Shown here: positions 31,055-40,234 of the stretch, piece by piece
How the letters are laid out: every line of letters begins with the position of its first letter
Numbering within the stretch: the first letter of the stretch is position 1
From: an uncultured Clostridia bacterium
Lineage (GTDB): Bacteria; Bacillota; Clostridia; Christensenellales; UBA1242
Direction of reading: 5' to 3'
Length of the DNA: 64,000 nt
NCBI GenBank assembly: GCA_947589025.1
Contig: CANQAY010000003.1
Coordinates: 24,907 to 88,906, forward strand
The notes under the pieces: generated by a model
Told to the model about the DNA's origin: nothing
The model's input: the letters and a program-made list of their open reading frames with translations, nothing else
The model's database searches: none
Made by a program: the position numbers and the translations under genes

Positions 31055-32417
31055 ATTTTTAGGCAATTTTAATGAAGAAATTAAGGCTAATCTTGTTAGG
31101 GTTTATAACGAAGTAAGCCGCGTTCTTTCATTGCCTAAAAGCGTTATTGTTAACTTAAATTTGGTTAATGAAAAACAAATAAAACAGCTTAACAAAACCA
31201 CACGCAATATAGATAAGGTTACCGATGTTTTAACATACCCTTATGTTAATTTAAAAGTGGGGCAAAAGTTAAAACTTAAAGATTACGCTTTTGAATTGGA
31301 TCCTGCTAACAAAATGCTTACAATTGGCGATATTTACATTTGCAACGAGCGGGCAATTGCACAAGCAAAAGAGTATAATCACACTGTTAATAGGGAGTTT
31401 TGCTTTCTTTTCTTACATGGCCTGCTTCACATTTGCGGGTACGACCACTTAAACGATGCTGACGCAAAATTGATGGAGGCAATGCAAAACAAAATTTTAA
31501 ACGCACTAAACATCACTCGCAACAGTTATAAATGTGGGTTTGTAACCATTGTGGGAGATACTAACGCGGGCAAAAGCACATTAATAAACCAATTGGTTGG
31601 GGAGCATGTTGCCATTGTTAGCCCCAAAAGCCAAACCACGCGGGAAAATATTAAGGGCATATATAACGATAGCACCACCCAAATTGTGTTTGTGGATACG
31701 CCCGGTTATCATAAACGCAAAACGCTTGTGGATGAGCAGATGGACAAGCAAATTGAAGAGGCCACTGCCGACACTGAAATTGTTTTAATGCTTATAGATG
31801 CAAACAAACCGCTTGTGGATAGTTACCTTAAACTAGATAAAAAAATTAGCACTAACGCCAAAAAAATTTTGTTAATAAACAAAATTGATGAGGCAAGTTA
31901 TCAAAAACTCTATCCTCAATTGGCGGAATTATCTAAAATTGCCAAAACGGACGAAATTTTGCCAATTAGCGCATTAAAAGGCAAAAATTGTGATGTTTTA
32001 ATAGATATGATAAAAAAATATCTTCCAACTTACGATTATGAAATGCGCTATTATCCAATTGATGAATATACCGACAAAAACTTGCGCCAAATGGTGGCGG
32101 AAATTGTTAGGGAAAAGGCACTTTTATGCTTAGATGACGAAATCCCTCACGGTGTGCAAGTTGTGGTGACGGATTATAAAGAAAATTCAACTCCAATTGA
32201 AATTTATGCCGACCTTTATTGCGAAAAAGAAAGCCACAAAGCCATAATTTTGGGCAAAGCTGGGGAAATGATTAAAAAAATTTCCACTTTATCTCGCATC
32301 AGCATAGAAAAATTGGTGCAAAACAAGGTTAATTTACAACTTTATGTTAAAGTTAAGCCAAATTGGCGCAACGATATTAAGGCAATTGAAAATTTTGGCT
32401 TAAAAGTTAGTGAATAA
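31047..32417 (+). CDS. era: YbeY (rRNA maturation endoribonuclease) - Era (GTPase) fusion protein
   Basis: N-terminal ~155 aa carry the zinc motif HGLLHICGYDH (HxxxHxxxxxH). They are followed in one ORF by Era G1 GDTNAGKST, G3 DTPG, G4 NKID and a C-terminal KH domain. TTG start at 31047, 9 nt after GGAGG. Confidence 0.88.
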   Translation: MVEFLGNFNEEIKANLVRVYNEVSRVLSLPKSVIVNLNLVNEKQIKQLNKTTRNIDKVTDVLTYPYVNLKVGQKLKLKDYAFELDPANKMLTIGDIYICNERAIAQAKEYNHTVNREFCFLFLHGLLHICGYDHLNDADAKLMEAMQNKILNALNITRNSYKCGFVTIVGDTNAGKSTLINQLVGEHVAIVSPKSQTTRENIKGIYNDSTTQIVFVDTPGYHKRKTLVDEQMDKQIEEATADTEIVLMLIDANKPLVDSYLKLDKKISTNAKKILLINKIDEASYQKLYPQLAELSKIAKTDEILPISALKGKNCDVLIDMIKKYLPTYDYEMRYYPIDEYTDKNLRQMVAEIVREKALLCLDDEIPHGVQVVVTDYKENSTPIEIYADLYCEKESHKAIILGKAGEMIKKISTLSRISIEKLVQNKVNLQLYVKVKPNWRNDIKAIENFGLKVSE

Positions 32418-32458
32418 TTAACAAATTAAATCATAAAATAAACAAAAAGGAGTAAGAT

Positions 32459-32623
32459 ATGAGAGAAAATGATAAGATAAATGGATATTTTAAATTGTTT
32501 TTGGATACCGGCAATTTTACATTTTTAAGGGCATCTATGTTTGAATACGCAACCCACACTCATATAACTCTTCCGCCAGTTTCGGCAAAAGAATTAGAGG
32601 AAGAAGACAGTCTTTCTTTATAA
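32459..32623 (+). CDS. yqzL: small YqzL-like protein (54 aa, below the ORF-track cutoff)
   Basis: My own translation: MRENDKINGYFKLFLDTGNFTFLRASMFEYATHTHITLPPVSAKELEEEDSLSL. AAAAGGAG RBS lies 5-6 nt upstream. It sits between era and recO, exactly where B. subtilis yqzL lies. Confidence 0.6.
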   Translation: MRENDKINGYFKLFLDTGNFTFLRASMFEYATHTHITLPPVSAKELEEEDSLSL

Positions 32624-32641
32624 TATATTTTAACAAAAGAA

Positions 32642-33316
32642 ATGGAATATAAATCAACAGGAATTATTTTAGAACTAACTCACTATAAGGAAGCGGACAA
32701 GCTTGCTAAAATTTTTACGCTTGAAAATGGCATTGTTTCTGCCAAATTTGTTGGTGTTAAAAAGGAAAAAGCCAAATTTAAAGCGGTGGCACAACCCCTT
32801 GTGTATGCCGATTTTATTATTAACAAAAACGGCCAAACCAACACAATAATTCAAGCGGAAATTATTGATAGTTTTGCTGGCATTTTATCTAACTATAACA
32901 AAACGATGTGCGCCTACATTGTTTTAGATATAGTTCGTTCAATTTTGCCAACCGAAAAAATTGAACAAGACCTTTTTATGTTAACCCTAGCCAGTTTAAA
33001 AAATATAGAAGAAAAAAATGAACTTGTTTCGCTAATTGATTATATATTAAAATTTTGCTCTTTTTCGGGCACCGAATTGCTTTTTGCTGATGCCAATAAA
33101 AGCATATATTTAGATATAAATTCGGGCAATTTTACAAATTTAAAAGATGTTAATTTTAGTTTGATAGACAAAAAGGTTTATTCCACAATTTTTGATATAA
33201 ACAATCAAACTAAGCGAGAGTATAAAGAGGCCGAACTAAAACAGGCATTGCATTTGTTGCACAACATAATTTATTTAAAATTTGACGCCAACATAAAATC
33301 TTTTCAATTTATATAA
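32642..33316 (+). CDS. recO: DNA repair protein RecO
   Basis: N-terminal OB-fold pattern (GIIL....YKE.DK...IFT.E.G); context after era. Confidence 0.85.
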   Translation: MEYKSTGIILELTHYKEADKLAKIFTLENGIVSAKFVGVKKEKAKFKAVAQPLVYADFIINKNGQTNTIIQAEIIDSFAGILSNYNKTMCAYIVLDIVRSILPTEKIEQDLFMLTLASLKNIEEKNELVSLIDYILKFCSFSGTELLFADANKSIYLDINSGNFTNLKDVNFSLIDKKVYSTIFDINNQTKREYKEAELKQALHLLHNIIYLKFDANIKSFQFI

Positions 33317-33330
33317 ATTTTAAATTTTAA

Positions 33331-33361
33331 AAATCAACTTTAAATTAGTTGATTTTTTTTT
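33331..33361 (+). terminator. rho-independent terminator after recO
   Basis: AAATCAACT-ttaaatt-AGTTGATTT followed by T8. Confidence 0.75.
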
Positions 33362-33406
33362 GCAGTTTTATTATGCTTAAAATGTTGAATAAAATAAAGG
33401 AGTTTT

Positions 33407-36052
33407 ATGAAAAAGAAATACGTTTACTTGTTTAGCGAAGGCAACGCAAACATGCGTGAACTTTTGGGTGGCAAGGGTGCCAATCTTGCAGAAATGACAA
33501 ACTTGGGCTTGCCAGTGCCACAAGGCTTTACAATCACAACCGAAGCCTGCACACAATATTATGAAGATGGTAGGCAAATTAACGAAGGCATCCGTGCCGA
33601 AATTATGCAATACATTGCCAAAATGGAAAAAATTACGGGCAAAAAGTTTGGGGATAAACAAAACCCATTGCTTGTTTCAGTGCGCTCGGGCGCAAGGGCA
33701 AGCATGCCAGGCATGATGGACACTATTTTAAACCTCGGTTTAAATGAAGAAGTAGTTGAAACACTTGCTAAAAAGAGTGGCAACCCTCGTTGGGCGTGGG
33801 ATTGTTACAGGCGCTTTATTCAAATGTTTAGCGACGTTGTTATGGAAGTTGGCAAAAAATATTTTGAAAAATTGATTGACCAAATGAAAGAGAAAAAGGG
33901 CGTGGTTTACGATGTTGATTTAACAGCGGAAGACCTTAAAACCCTTGCAAATCAATTTAAGGCAGAATATAAAAAGCAAATTGGCAAGCCTTTCCCAACC
34001 GACCCTAAAGAGCAATTATTTGAAGCCATTAAGGCCGTTTTCCGCTCTTGGGATAACCCTCGTGCCAATGTTTATCGTATGGACCACGACATTCCATATT
34101 CATGGGGCACAGCCGTTAATGTGCAAATGATGGCTTTTGGCAACATGGGTGAAACCAGCGGCACAGGTGTGGCATTCACACGCAACCCAGCAACTGGTGA
34201 AAAGGGTTTGATGGGTGAATTTTTAATGAACGCGCAAGGCGAAGATGTTGTTGCCGGTGTGCGCACCCCAATGCCTATTCAAAAAATGGCAGAAGTTATG
34301 CCAGATGTTTATAAACAATTCCAAAGCATATGCAACACACTTGAAAAGCATTATAGAGATATGCAAGATATGGAATTTACTATTGAAGACAAACATCTTT
34401 ACATGCTTCAAACGCGTAATGGTAAACGTACTGCAGCCGCAGCAATAAGAATTGCTTGCGACCTTATAGATGAAAAAATGATAACCGAACAGGAAGCATT
34501 AATGCAAATTGATGCTAAAACTTTGGATATGCTTTTGCACCCAACTTTTGATGCAACCGCATTAAAGCAGGCGGATAAAAACAATGTTGTTGGCAAGGGC
34601 ATTGCTGCCAGCCCGGGCGCTGCTGCCGGCACAATTGTGTTTACAGCAGAAGATGCTGTTAAAGCAGGCAAAGCAGGCAAAAAAGTGGTGCTTGTGCGCC
34701 TAGAAACCAGCCCAGAAGATATTGAAGGCATGAAATACGCACAAGGCATTTTAACTGTGCGCGGTGGTCAAACTTCACACGCTGCCGTTGTTGCGCGTGG
34801 CATGGGCACTTGCTGCGTTTCAGGATGTGGCGATATTAAAATGGATGAAGAAAACAAGCGCTTTACACTTGCTGGCAAAACATATAAAGAGGGTGATGGC
34901 ATTTCTCTTGATGGTACCACCGGCAAAATTTATAACACAATTATAAAAACTGTTCCAGCCGACCCTAACAGCGGTTATTTCGGCCGCATTATGAAGTTGG
35001 CAGATAAATATCGCGCTTTGGGCGTTAGAACAAATGCCGATACACCTGCCGATGCACGCCGTGCCGTTGAACTTGGTGCAGAAGGCATTGGGCTAACAAG
35101 AACTGAACATATGTTCTTTGACCCAGATAGAATTGGCGCTTTCCGTGAAATGATTTGTGCCGATACTGTTGAAGAGCGTGAAGCAGCTTTGGCTAAAATT
35201 GAACCTATGCAACAGAAAGACTTTGAAGGTTTAATGGAAGCTTTACAAGGTAAACCAGTAACAATCCGTTTCTTGGATCCACCTCTACATGAATTTGTTC
35301 CAACTGCGGAAGAAGATATTAAAGCCCTAGCCAAAACTCAAGGCAAAACAGTTAAACAAATTAAACAATTAATAAGCGATTTGCATGAATTTAACCCAAT
35401 GATGGGGCACAGAGGTTGCCGCTTAACAGTTACTTACCCAGAAATTGCAGTTATGCAAACCAAAGCAGTTATTAAAGCTGCAATAAATGTTCAAAAGAAA
35501 CATAAAAATTGGAATGTTGTTCCAGAAATTATGATTCCGCTTGTTGGCGATGTTAAAGAACTTGCTTATGTTAAAAAGGTTGTTGTAAACACTGCGGACG
35601 AAGTTATTAAAAAGGCAAAATCCACCCTTAAATATGAGGTTGGCACAATGATTGAAATTCCACGTGCCGCCCTAACAGCAGACGCAATTGCTAAAGAGGC
35701 AGATTTCTTCTGCTTTGGCACCAACGATTTAACTCAAATGACCTTTGGCTTCAGCCGTGATGATGCAGGCAAATTTTTGCCATCATACTATGCAAACAAA
35801 ATTTATGAAAGTGACCCATTTGCCCGCCTAGATACAACCGGCGTTGGCAAACTTATGGATATGGCAATTAAGCTAGGCAAAGGCACTAACAAAACCTTGC
35901 ACGCCGGCATTTGTGGTGAGCATGGTGGTGACCCTTCCAGCATTGAATTCTGCCATAGCATTGGGCTAGATTATGTAAGTTGCAGCCCATTCCGCGTTCC
36001 AATTGCGCGCCTTGCTGCCGCTCAAGCCAACATTAAAAACCCTAGAAAATAA
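33407..36052 (+). CDS. ppdK: pyruvate, phosphate dikinase
   Basis: 881 aa; ATP-grasp N-terminus (GGKGANLAEM), phospho-His domain (GGQTSHAAVVARGMG), PEP-utilising C-terminus (GICGEHGGDP). Confidence 0.97.
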   Translation: MKKKYVYLFSEGNANMRELLGGKGANLAEMTNLGLPVPQGFTITTEACTQYYEDGRQINEGIRAEIMQYIAKMEKITGKKFGDKQNPLLVSVRSGARASMPGMMDTILNLGLNEEVVETLAKKSGNPRWAWDCYRRFIQMFSDVVMEVGKKYFEKLIDQMKEKKGVVYDVDLTAEDLKTLANQFKAEYKKQIGKPFPTDPKEQLFEAIKAVFRSWDNPRANVYRMDHDIPYSWGTAVNVQMMAFGNMGETSGTGVAFTRNPATGEKGLMGEFLMNAQGEDVVAGVRTPMPIQKMAEVMPDVYKQFQSICNTLEKHYRDMQDMEFTIEDKHLYMLQTRNGKRTAAAAIRIACDLIDEKMITEQEALMQIDAKTLDMLLHPTFDATALKQADKNNVVGKGIAASPGAAAGTIVFTAEDAVKAGKAGKKVVLVRLETSPEDIEGMKYAQGILTVRGGQTSHAAVVARGMGTCCVSGCGDIKMDEENKRFTLAGKTYKEGDGISLDGTTGKIYNTIIKTVPADPNSGYFGRIMKLADKYRALGVRTNADTPADARRAVELGAEGIGLTRTEHMFFDPDRIGAFREMICADTVEEREAALAKIEPMQQKDFEGLMEALQGKPVTIRFLDPPLHEFVPTAEEDIKALAKTQGKTVKQIKQLISDLHEFNPMMGHRGCRLTVTYPEIAVMQTKAVIKAAINVQKKHKNWNVVPEIMIPLVGDVKELAYVKKVVVNTADEVIKKAKSTLKYEVGTMIEIPRAALTADAIAKEADFFCFGTNDLTQMTFGFSRDDAGKFLPSYYANKIYESDPFARLDTTGVGKLMDMAIKLGKGTNKTLHAGICGEHGGDPSSIEFCHSIGLDYVSCSPFRVPIARLAAAQANIKNPRK

Positions 36053-36074
36053 AATTAAAATCTTAATAAATAAT

Positions 36075-36101
36075 AGCAAAAAGGGCATTTTTGCTCTTTT
36101 T
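36075..36101 (+). terminator. rho-independent terminator after ppdK
   Basis: AGCAAAAA-gggca-TTTTTGCT followed by a T-run. Confidence 0.6.
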
Positions 36102-36114
36102 GTTTGCTATTTGT

Positions 36115-36143
36115 TTGACATTTTAATATTAAATAATTAAACT
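36115..36143 (+). promoter_or_regulatory. putative sigma-A promoter for the small basic ORF
   Basis: TTGACA (36115-36120), 17-nt spacer, TAAACT. Confidence 0.45.
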
Positions 36144-36164
36144 AAAAATATAAAGGAGATTTGT

Positions 36165-36299
36165 ATGCCAACTAAAACTTTAAAAACTAGCAAAACGCGT
36201 TCAACTAAAACAAATAAGTCTAGTTCAGCCAAAACGCGAACAAAAAGCACAACAAAAACAAGTTCGCCCACAAAAGTGGCTAACAAAACAAAGTGTTAA
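36165..36299 (+). CDS. 44-aa Lys/Thr/Ser-rich basic peptide (either a stand-alone small protein or the N-terminus of a frameshifted gene)
   Basis: My own translation: MPTKTLKTSKTRSTKTNKSSSAKTRTKSTTKTSSPTKVANKTKC. Strong RBS AAAGGAG 7 nt upstream. Confidence 0.45.
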   Translation: MPTKTLKTSKTRSTKTNKSSSAKTRTKSTTKTSSPTKVANKTKC

Positions 36300-36422
36300 C
36301 AAATCGGCAGGCTCAGATCTAAATAAAATAAAAACATTATTAAAAAAATCTAATTCAATAAACAAACTAACAGATTTAAAGCTTGATTTTGCTAAAATAA
36401 ATTTTGATGTGGAAAGTATTGA

Positions 36423-36776
36423 ACTTATAATAAAGCAAATGAAAATAATCCATTTATCTTTTACACTTTCCCTTTTGATGAAATAAAAAATTGGAGAGAA
36501 TTAATTAAGCAAAACCCAAATTTGGCTTTGCAAAACAGCATGCTAGTAGCAATGGAAAAGGTTAATTATTTTAGTAAAAACAGCTTGGCCGAGTTTAAGG
36601 AAAAGTATGACGCTTTGTTAAAAATTAAATTTTTCTATAACTATTTTATTGAACGGGCAAAAACCAGTGTGGAAGAAAGGGTTAAAACTATAAAAGAATC
36701 CAGAAGTGTGGCAAAAATAACGGAATCGTTAAATTATATGGAGCAAACTTTTAAAAAATATATTAAAGAGCGATAA
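36423..36776 (+). pseudogene. ATG-less open frame (track ORF 36522..36776 is its 3' part); possibly the C-terminal part of a gene split by two compensating frameshifts
   Basis: Frame 0 is open from 36423 with no ATG until about 36540. Frame 1 is open 36184..36486 and overlaps both frame-0 ORFs. See findings. Confidence 0.35.
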
Positions 36777-36856
36777 GCTCTTTTTAATTTTTTTAGGAAT
36801 TTTAAATTTTACATCATATTATGTAAATAAACAAGTTTTTAAAGTGGAGTTTACAA

Positions 36857-38623
36857 ATGAATAAGGGTTTTCCCAGCGATTTTCTAGAGCAAGTGCGCAA
36901 TAGAAACGACATTGTTGATTTTGCCAGCCGCTATATAACTCTTAACCGCCGTGGCGGTAATTTTTGGGCATGCTGCCCATTTCATAATGAAAAAACTCCT
37001 TCTTTTTCAATAAAACCAGACGGGCAATTTTATAAGTGTTTTGGCTGTGGAGAAAGTGGAAATATTTTTTCCCTTGCCATGAAGTTAGAAAATATTGATT
37101 TTATTACAGCTGTTGAAATGCTTGCCAAAAATGCCGGGCTAGAAATGCCATCTTATGCCGATAATGCCGAACTTCAGCGCCAAAAGAAAGAGCGCGAAAC
37201 CATGTTTAAAATTTTAAAATACACAGCCGAGTTTTATCATAACAATCTTATAAACAATCCGCAATCAGCACAAGCTAAATATTTGCAAACCCGCCTAATG
37301 AATGCTGAAATGATAAAAAAATTTCAAATTGGTGCCTCACTTAATTTTGAAGATTTGCCGAAATATCTTTTAAAAAGCGGCTTTAAAGAAGAAGAAATTA
37401 TAAAAGCGGGCGTAGTTGGGAAAAACGAATTTAATAAATTATACGATTTTTATGGCGGAAGATTGATGTTCCCAATATTCAACGGCTTTGGCGATGTTGT
37501 TGCCTTTTCGGGCAGAAGTGTAGATGCAAATCCAGAGCATGCAAAATATAAAAATACTCCACAATCACCAATCTTTAACAAAAGTGAAATTTTGTTTGCC
37601 TATAATTTTGCACGAGAACTAAAAAAACAACATATGCTAGATTCTTTGGTTATTGTGGAAGGCCATATTGATGTAATTATGTGCCATCAGGCAGGCATAA
37701 ACAACACAATTGGTTGCATGGGCACGGCATTAACAAGCTTGCACGCACGCAAAATTAAGCAGCTTGTGGATAATGTTATTTTGTGTTTGGATGCCGACGG
37801 TGCTGGCAATGCCGCCACATATAAGGCAATAGACACATTAAAAGAAGTTGGCTTAAATGTTAGGGTTGTTCGCCTTGTTGGGGCAAAAGACCCAGACGAA
37901 TATATCAAAAAATTTGGCAAAGATAAATTTGTTGAGTTTTTAGAAAATTCTATAGATTGTGTGGATTTTGTTTTGCAAGATAGTGCAAAAAAATATAATT
38001 TAAATTCAAATATTGGCAAAAATAATTATGTAAATGAGGCACTTAATTACATTTCTAAATTTTCATCCCCTGCCGAACAAGAAATTTATTTGAAAGTGGT
38101 TCAAAATTTAGTTAAAATCCCTTTAGATGCCTTGCGAAAAAGCCTAACAGAGCCAAAATATAAAATAAAAGAGCAAGAGGCAGAACAGGCAGAATCAATT
38201 AAAAACAAATCCATAATAGATGCTAAAATTTTAATATTATCGGCATTGCTGTATAAAAAAATAAAAAATTTTGAAGATTTTAAAGGAGTTTTCCAATCGG
38301 ACGACGAATTAAGTAAATTGTATGATTATTTGCTTAACAAGGCTAAAAATAATGCAGATTATAGCGTTTCCGCAATATTTGACACCTTTGAAATAACGCC
38401 AAATTCGTTGTTGGACAAGGTTATAAATTATGCTTTCCCTGAAGATAATCTTTTAAACAGCATGCTTTCTGATGCCACTAAACGATTAAAATTATTTAAT
38501 TTGGAACAGCAAAAATCTAATTATACGCAGTTAATGATGCAATCCAATAGCAATGAGGAGAGATATAAATATTTGCAAAAAATTCAAGAACTTACCGTCC
38601 AAATTAATAAGGAGAAGATGTGA
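36857..38623 (+). CDS. dnaG: DNA primase
   Basis: Zinc-binding CPFHNEKTPSFSI......YKCFGCGESGN, TOPRIM (EGHIDV, DADGAG), 588 aa. Confidence 0.96.
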   Translation: MNKGFPSDFLEQVRNRNDIVDFASRYITLNRRGGNFWACCPFHNEKTPSFSIKPDGQFYKCFGCGESGNIFSLAMKLENIDFITAVEMLAKNAGLEMPSYADNAELQRQKKERETMFKILKYTAEFYHNNLINNPQSAQAKYLQTRLMNAEMIKKFQIGASLNFEDLPKYLLKSGFKEEEIIKAGVVGKNEFNKLYDFYGGRLMFPIFNGFGDVVAFSGRSVDANPEHAKYKNTPQSPIFNKSEILFAYNFARELKKQHMLDSLVIVEGHIDVIMCHQAGINNTIGCMGTALTSLHARKIKQLVDNVILCLDADGAGNAATYKAIDTLKEVGLNVRVVRLVGAKDPDEYIKKFGKDKFVEFLENSIDCVDFVLQDSAKKYNLNSNIGKNNYVNEALNYISKFSSPAEQEIYLKVVQNLVKIPLDALRKSLTEPKYKIKEQEAEQAESIKNKSIIDAKILILSALLYKKIKNFEDFKGVFQSDDELSKLYDYLLNKAKNNADYSVSAIFDTFEITPNSLLDKVINYAFPEDNLLNSMLSDATKRLKLFNLEQQKSNYTQLMMQSNSNEERYKYLQKIQELTVQINKEKM

Positions 38624-39135
38624 TAAAAATAGATCAAAATGATACACTTTACAAGTTTTTAAAAGGGATTGGCGCCGATGATGTTGAGGCAGATTATTTA
38701 GAACTTGCTTCAAATGGCAGATATTCAATTTCAGATATAAGAAAATATTTAAAATCGAAGTTTGACCCAAGCCTAACAAAAGAACTAGACGATAAAGAAC
38801 TGGAAAAAATTTTAGATTATTACATAGATATTAAAAAAATAAAGCGCATAAATAAAAAAGAACTTAAAAATTTGCTTGAAATGTATTACGATACGCAAGA
38901 TGATGCAATTAAAAACATAATAATAACTTCATGTTTAAAAGATGTGCTGTGTTTATGTTTAAACTATTCCACCATGCACACTAACATAGATATTCAAGAT
39001 TTAATTCAAGTTGCAAACATTGGCATTATAACCGCACTTAACAAATATCAACCAAAATCAAAAATAGATTTTAACGATTATATTTTGTATTGGACAAGAA
39101 AGGAAATAATTAAAGAATTTGAGGAGAAAAATTAA
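38620..39135 (+). CDS. sigma-70 region-2-like protein lacking regions 3 and 4
   Basis: GTG start overlaps the dnaG stop (ATGTGA) and lies 5 nt after AAGGAG. Its stop overlaps the rpoD start (TAATG). Residues 127-163, [37 protein letters not shown], align with [37 protein letters not shown] of the adjacent RpoD. Confidence 0.65.
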   Translation: MIKIDQNDTLYKFLKGIGADDVEADYLELASNGRYSISDIRKYLKSKFDPSLTKELDDKELEKILDYYIDIKKIKRINKKELKNLLEMYYDTQDDAIKNIIITSCLKDVLCLCLNYSTMHTNIDIQDLIQVANIGIITALNKYQPKSKIDFNDYILYWTRKEIIKEFEEKN

Positions 39136-40226
39136 TGGATATGATTGATGTTAAACAAAAGATTTTAGAACAACTTAAAGCTAATCATCAAAAGTCAATT
39201 TCGGAAGATAATTTAATTGGCAAATTAACCAGCAAATATGGGGATTTAGATTTAAGTGAAATTGAAGATGTTAAAAAATATTTAACCCAAAATGGCATAA
39301 CAATAACCGATAGTGTGCCAGACATTGCCATTGACGATAAAGAATTTGAAGATATTATAAGCCAAATTAATGTTAATGACCCTGTTAAAATGTATTTAAA
39401 AGAAATTGGCAACATTCCGCTATTATCCGCTGATGAAGAGCGTGAACTAAGCAGGCAATTGATAGAAGAAAATAGTGAGTATGCGCGCAACAAATTGTGG
39501 GAATCTAACTTAAGATTGGTTGTTAGCATTGCAAAAAGATATCAAAATAAATTGCCATTTTTGGATCTTATTCAAGAGGGCAATTTGGGCTTAATGAAAG
39601 CCGTTGAAAAATTTGACTACACAAAGGGATACAAATTTTCAACATACGGCACTTGGTGGATAAGGCAAAGCATAACACGTGCAATTTCGGATCAAGCACG
39701 ATTGATGCGTGTGCCTGTGCATATGGTGGAAACAATTTTAAAACACAATAGGGCAGTGCGCGATTTATTGCAAGAGTTGGGCAGAGATCCTACAGTAGAA
39801 GAGATTGCCGAGCGTTTGGGCACAACAGTAAGTAAAGTTGTTGAAGTGCAACGCATATCGCAAGATCCTATTTCGCTGGAAAGTAAAATGGGGCATGAAG
39901 AAGATAGCAAAATTGGAGATTTAATTCCGGACGAAAACATGCTATCTCCACAAGAGGTGACCCAACAAAATATGCTAAAAGAACAACTTATGAGTTTGTT
40001 GGAATCTTTAACTCCAAGGGAACAAAAAGTTATTCGTTTGCGCTATGGGTTGGACGATTCTCACCCACGCACACTTGAAGAAGTTGGCAGAGAATTTTCA
40101 GTTACTCGTGAGCGTATCCGCCAAATTGAAGCCAAGGCATTAAGAAAATTGCGCCATCCAAGTAAATTAAAAAAATTGCGTGATGAAATTGGTGAAGAAG
40201 ACCCACGCGACAGAGACAAAAAGTAA
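39135..40226 (+). CDS. rpoD: primary RNA polymerase sigma factor (SigA/RpoD)
   Basis: Regions 1.2 ([11 protein letters not shown]), 2 ([30 protein letters not shown]), 3 and 4 ([41 protein letters not shown]). Confidence 0.96.
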   Translation: MDMIDVKQKILEQLKANHQKSISEDNLIGKLTSKYGDLDLSEIEDVKKYLTQNGITITDSVPDIAIDDKEFEDIISQINVNDPVKMYLKEIGNIPLLSADEERELSRQLIEENSEYARNKLWESNLRLVVSIAKRYQNKLPFLDLIQEGNLGLMKAVEKFDYTKGYKFSTYGTWWIRQSITRAISDQARLMRVPVHMVETILKHNRAVRDLLQELGRDPTVEEIAERLGTTVSKVVEVQRISQDPISLESKMGHEEDSKIGDLIPDENMLSPQEVTQQNMLKEQLMSLLESLTPREQKVIRLRYGLDDSHPRTLEEVGREFSVTRERIRQIEAKALRKLRHPSKLKKLRDEIGEEDPRDRDKK

Positions 40227-40234
40227 GGAGAAAT

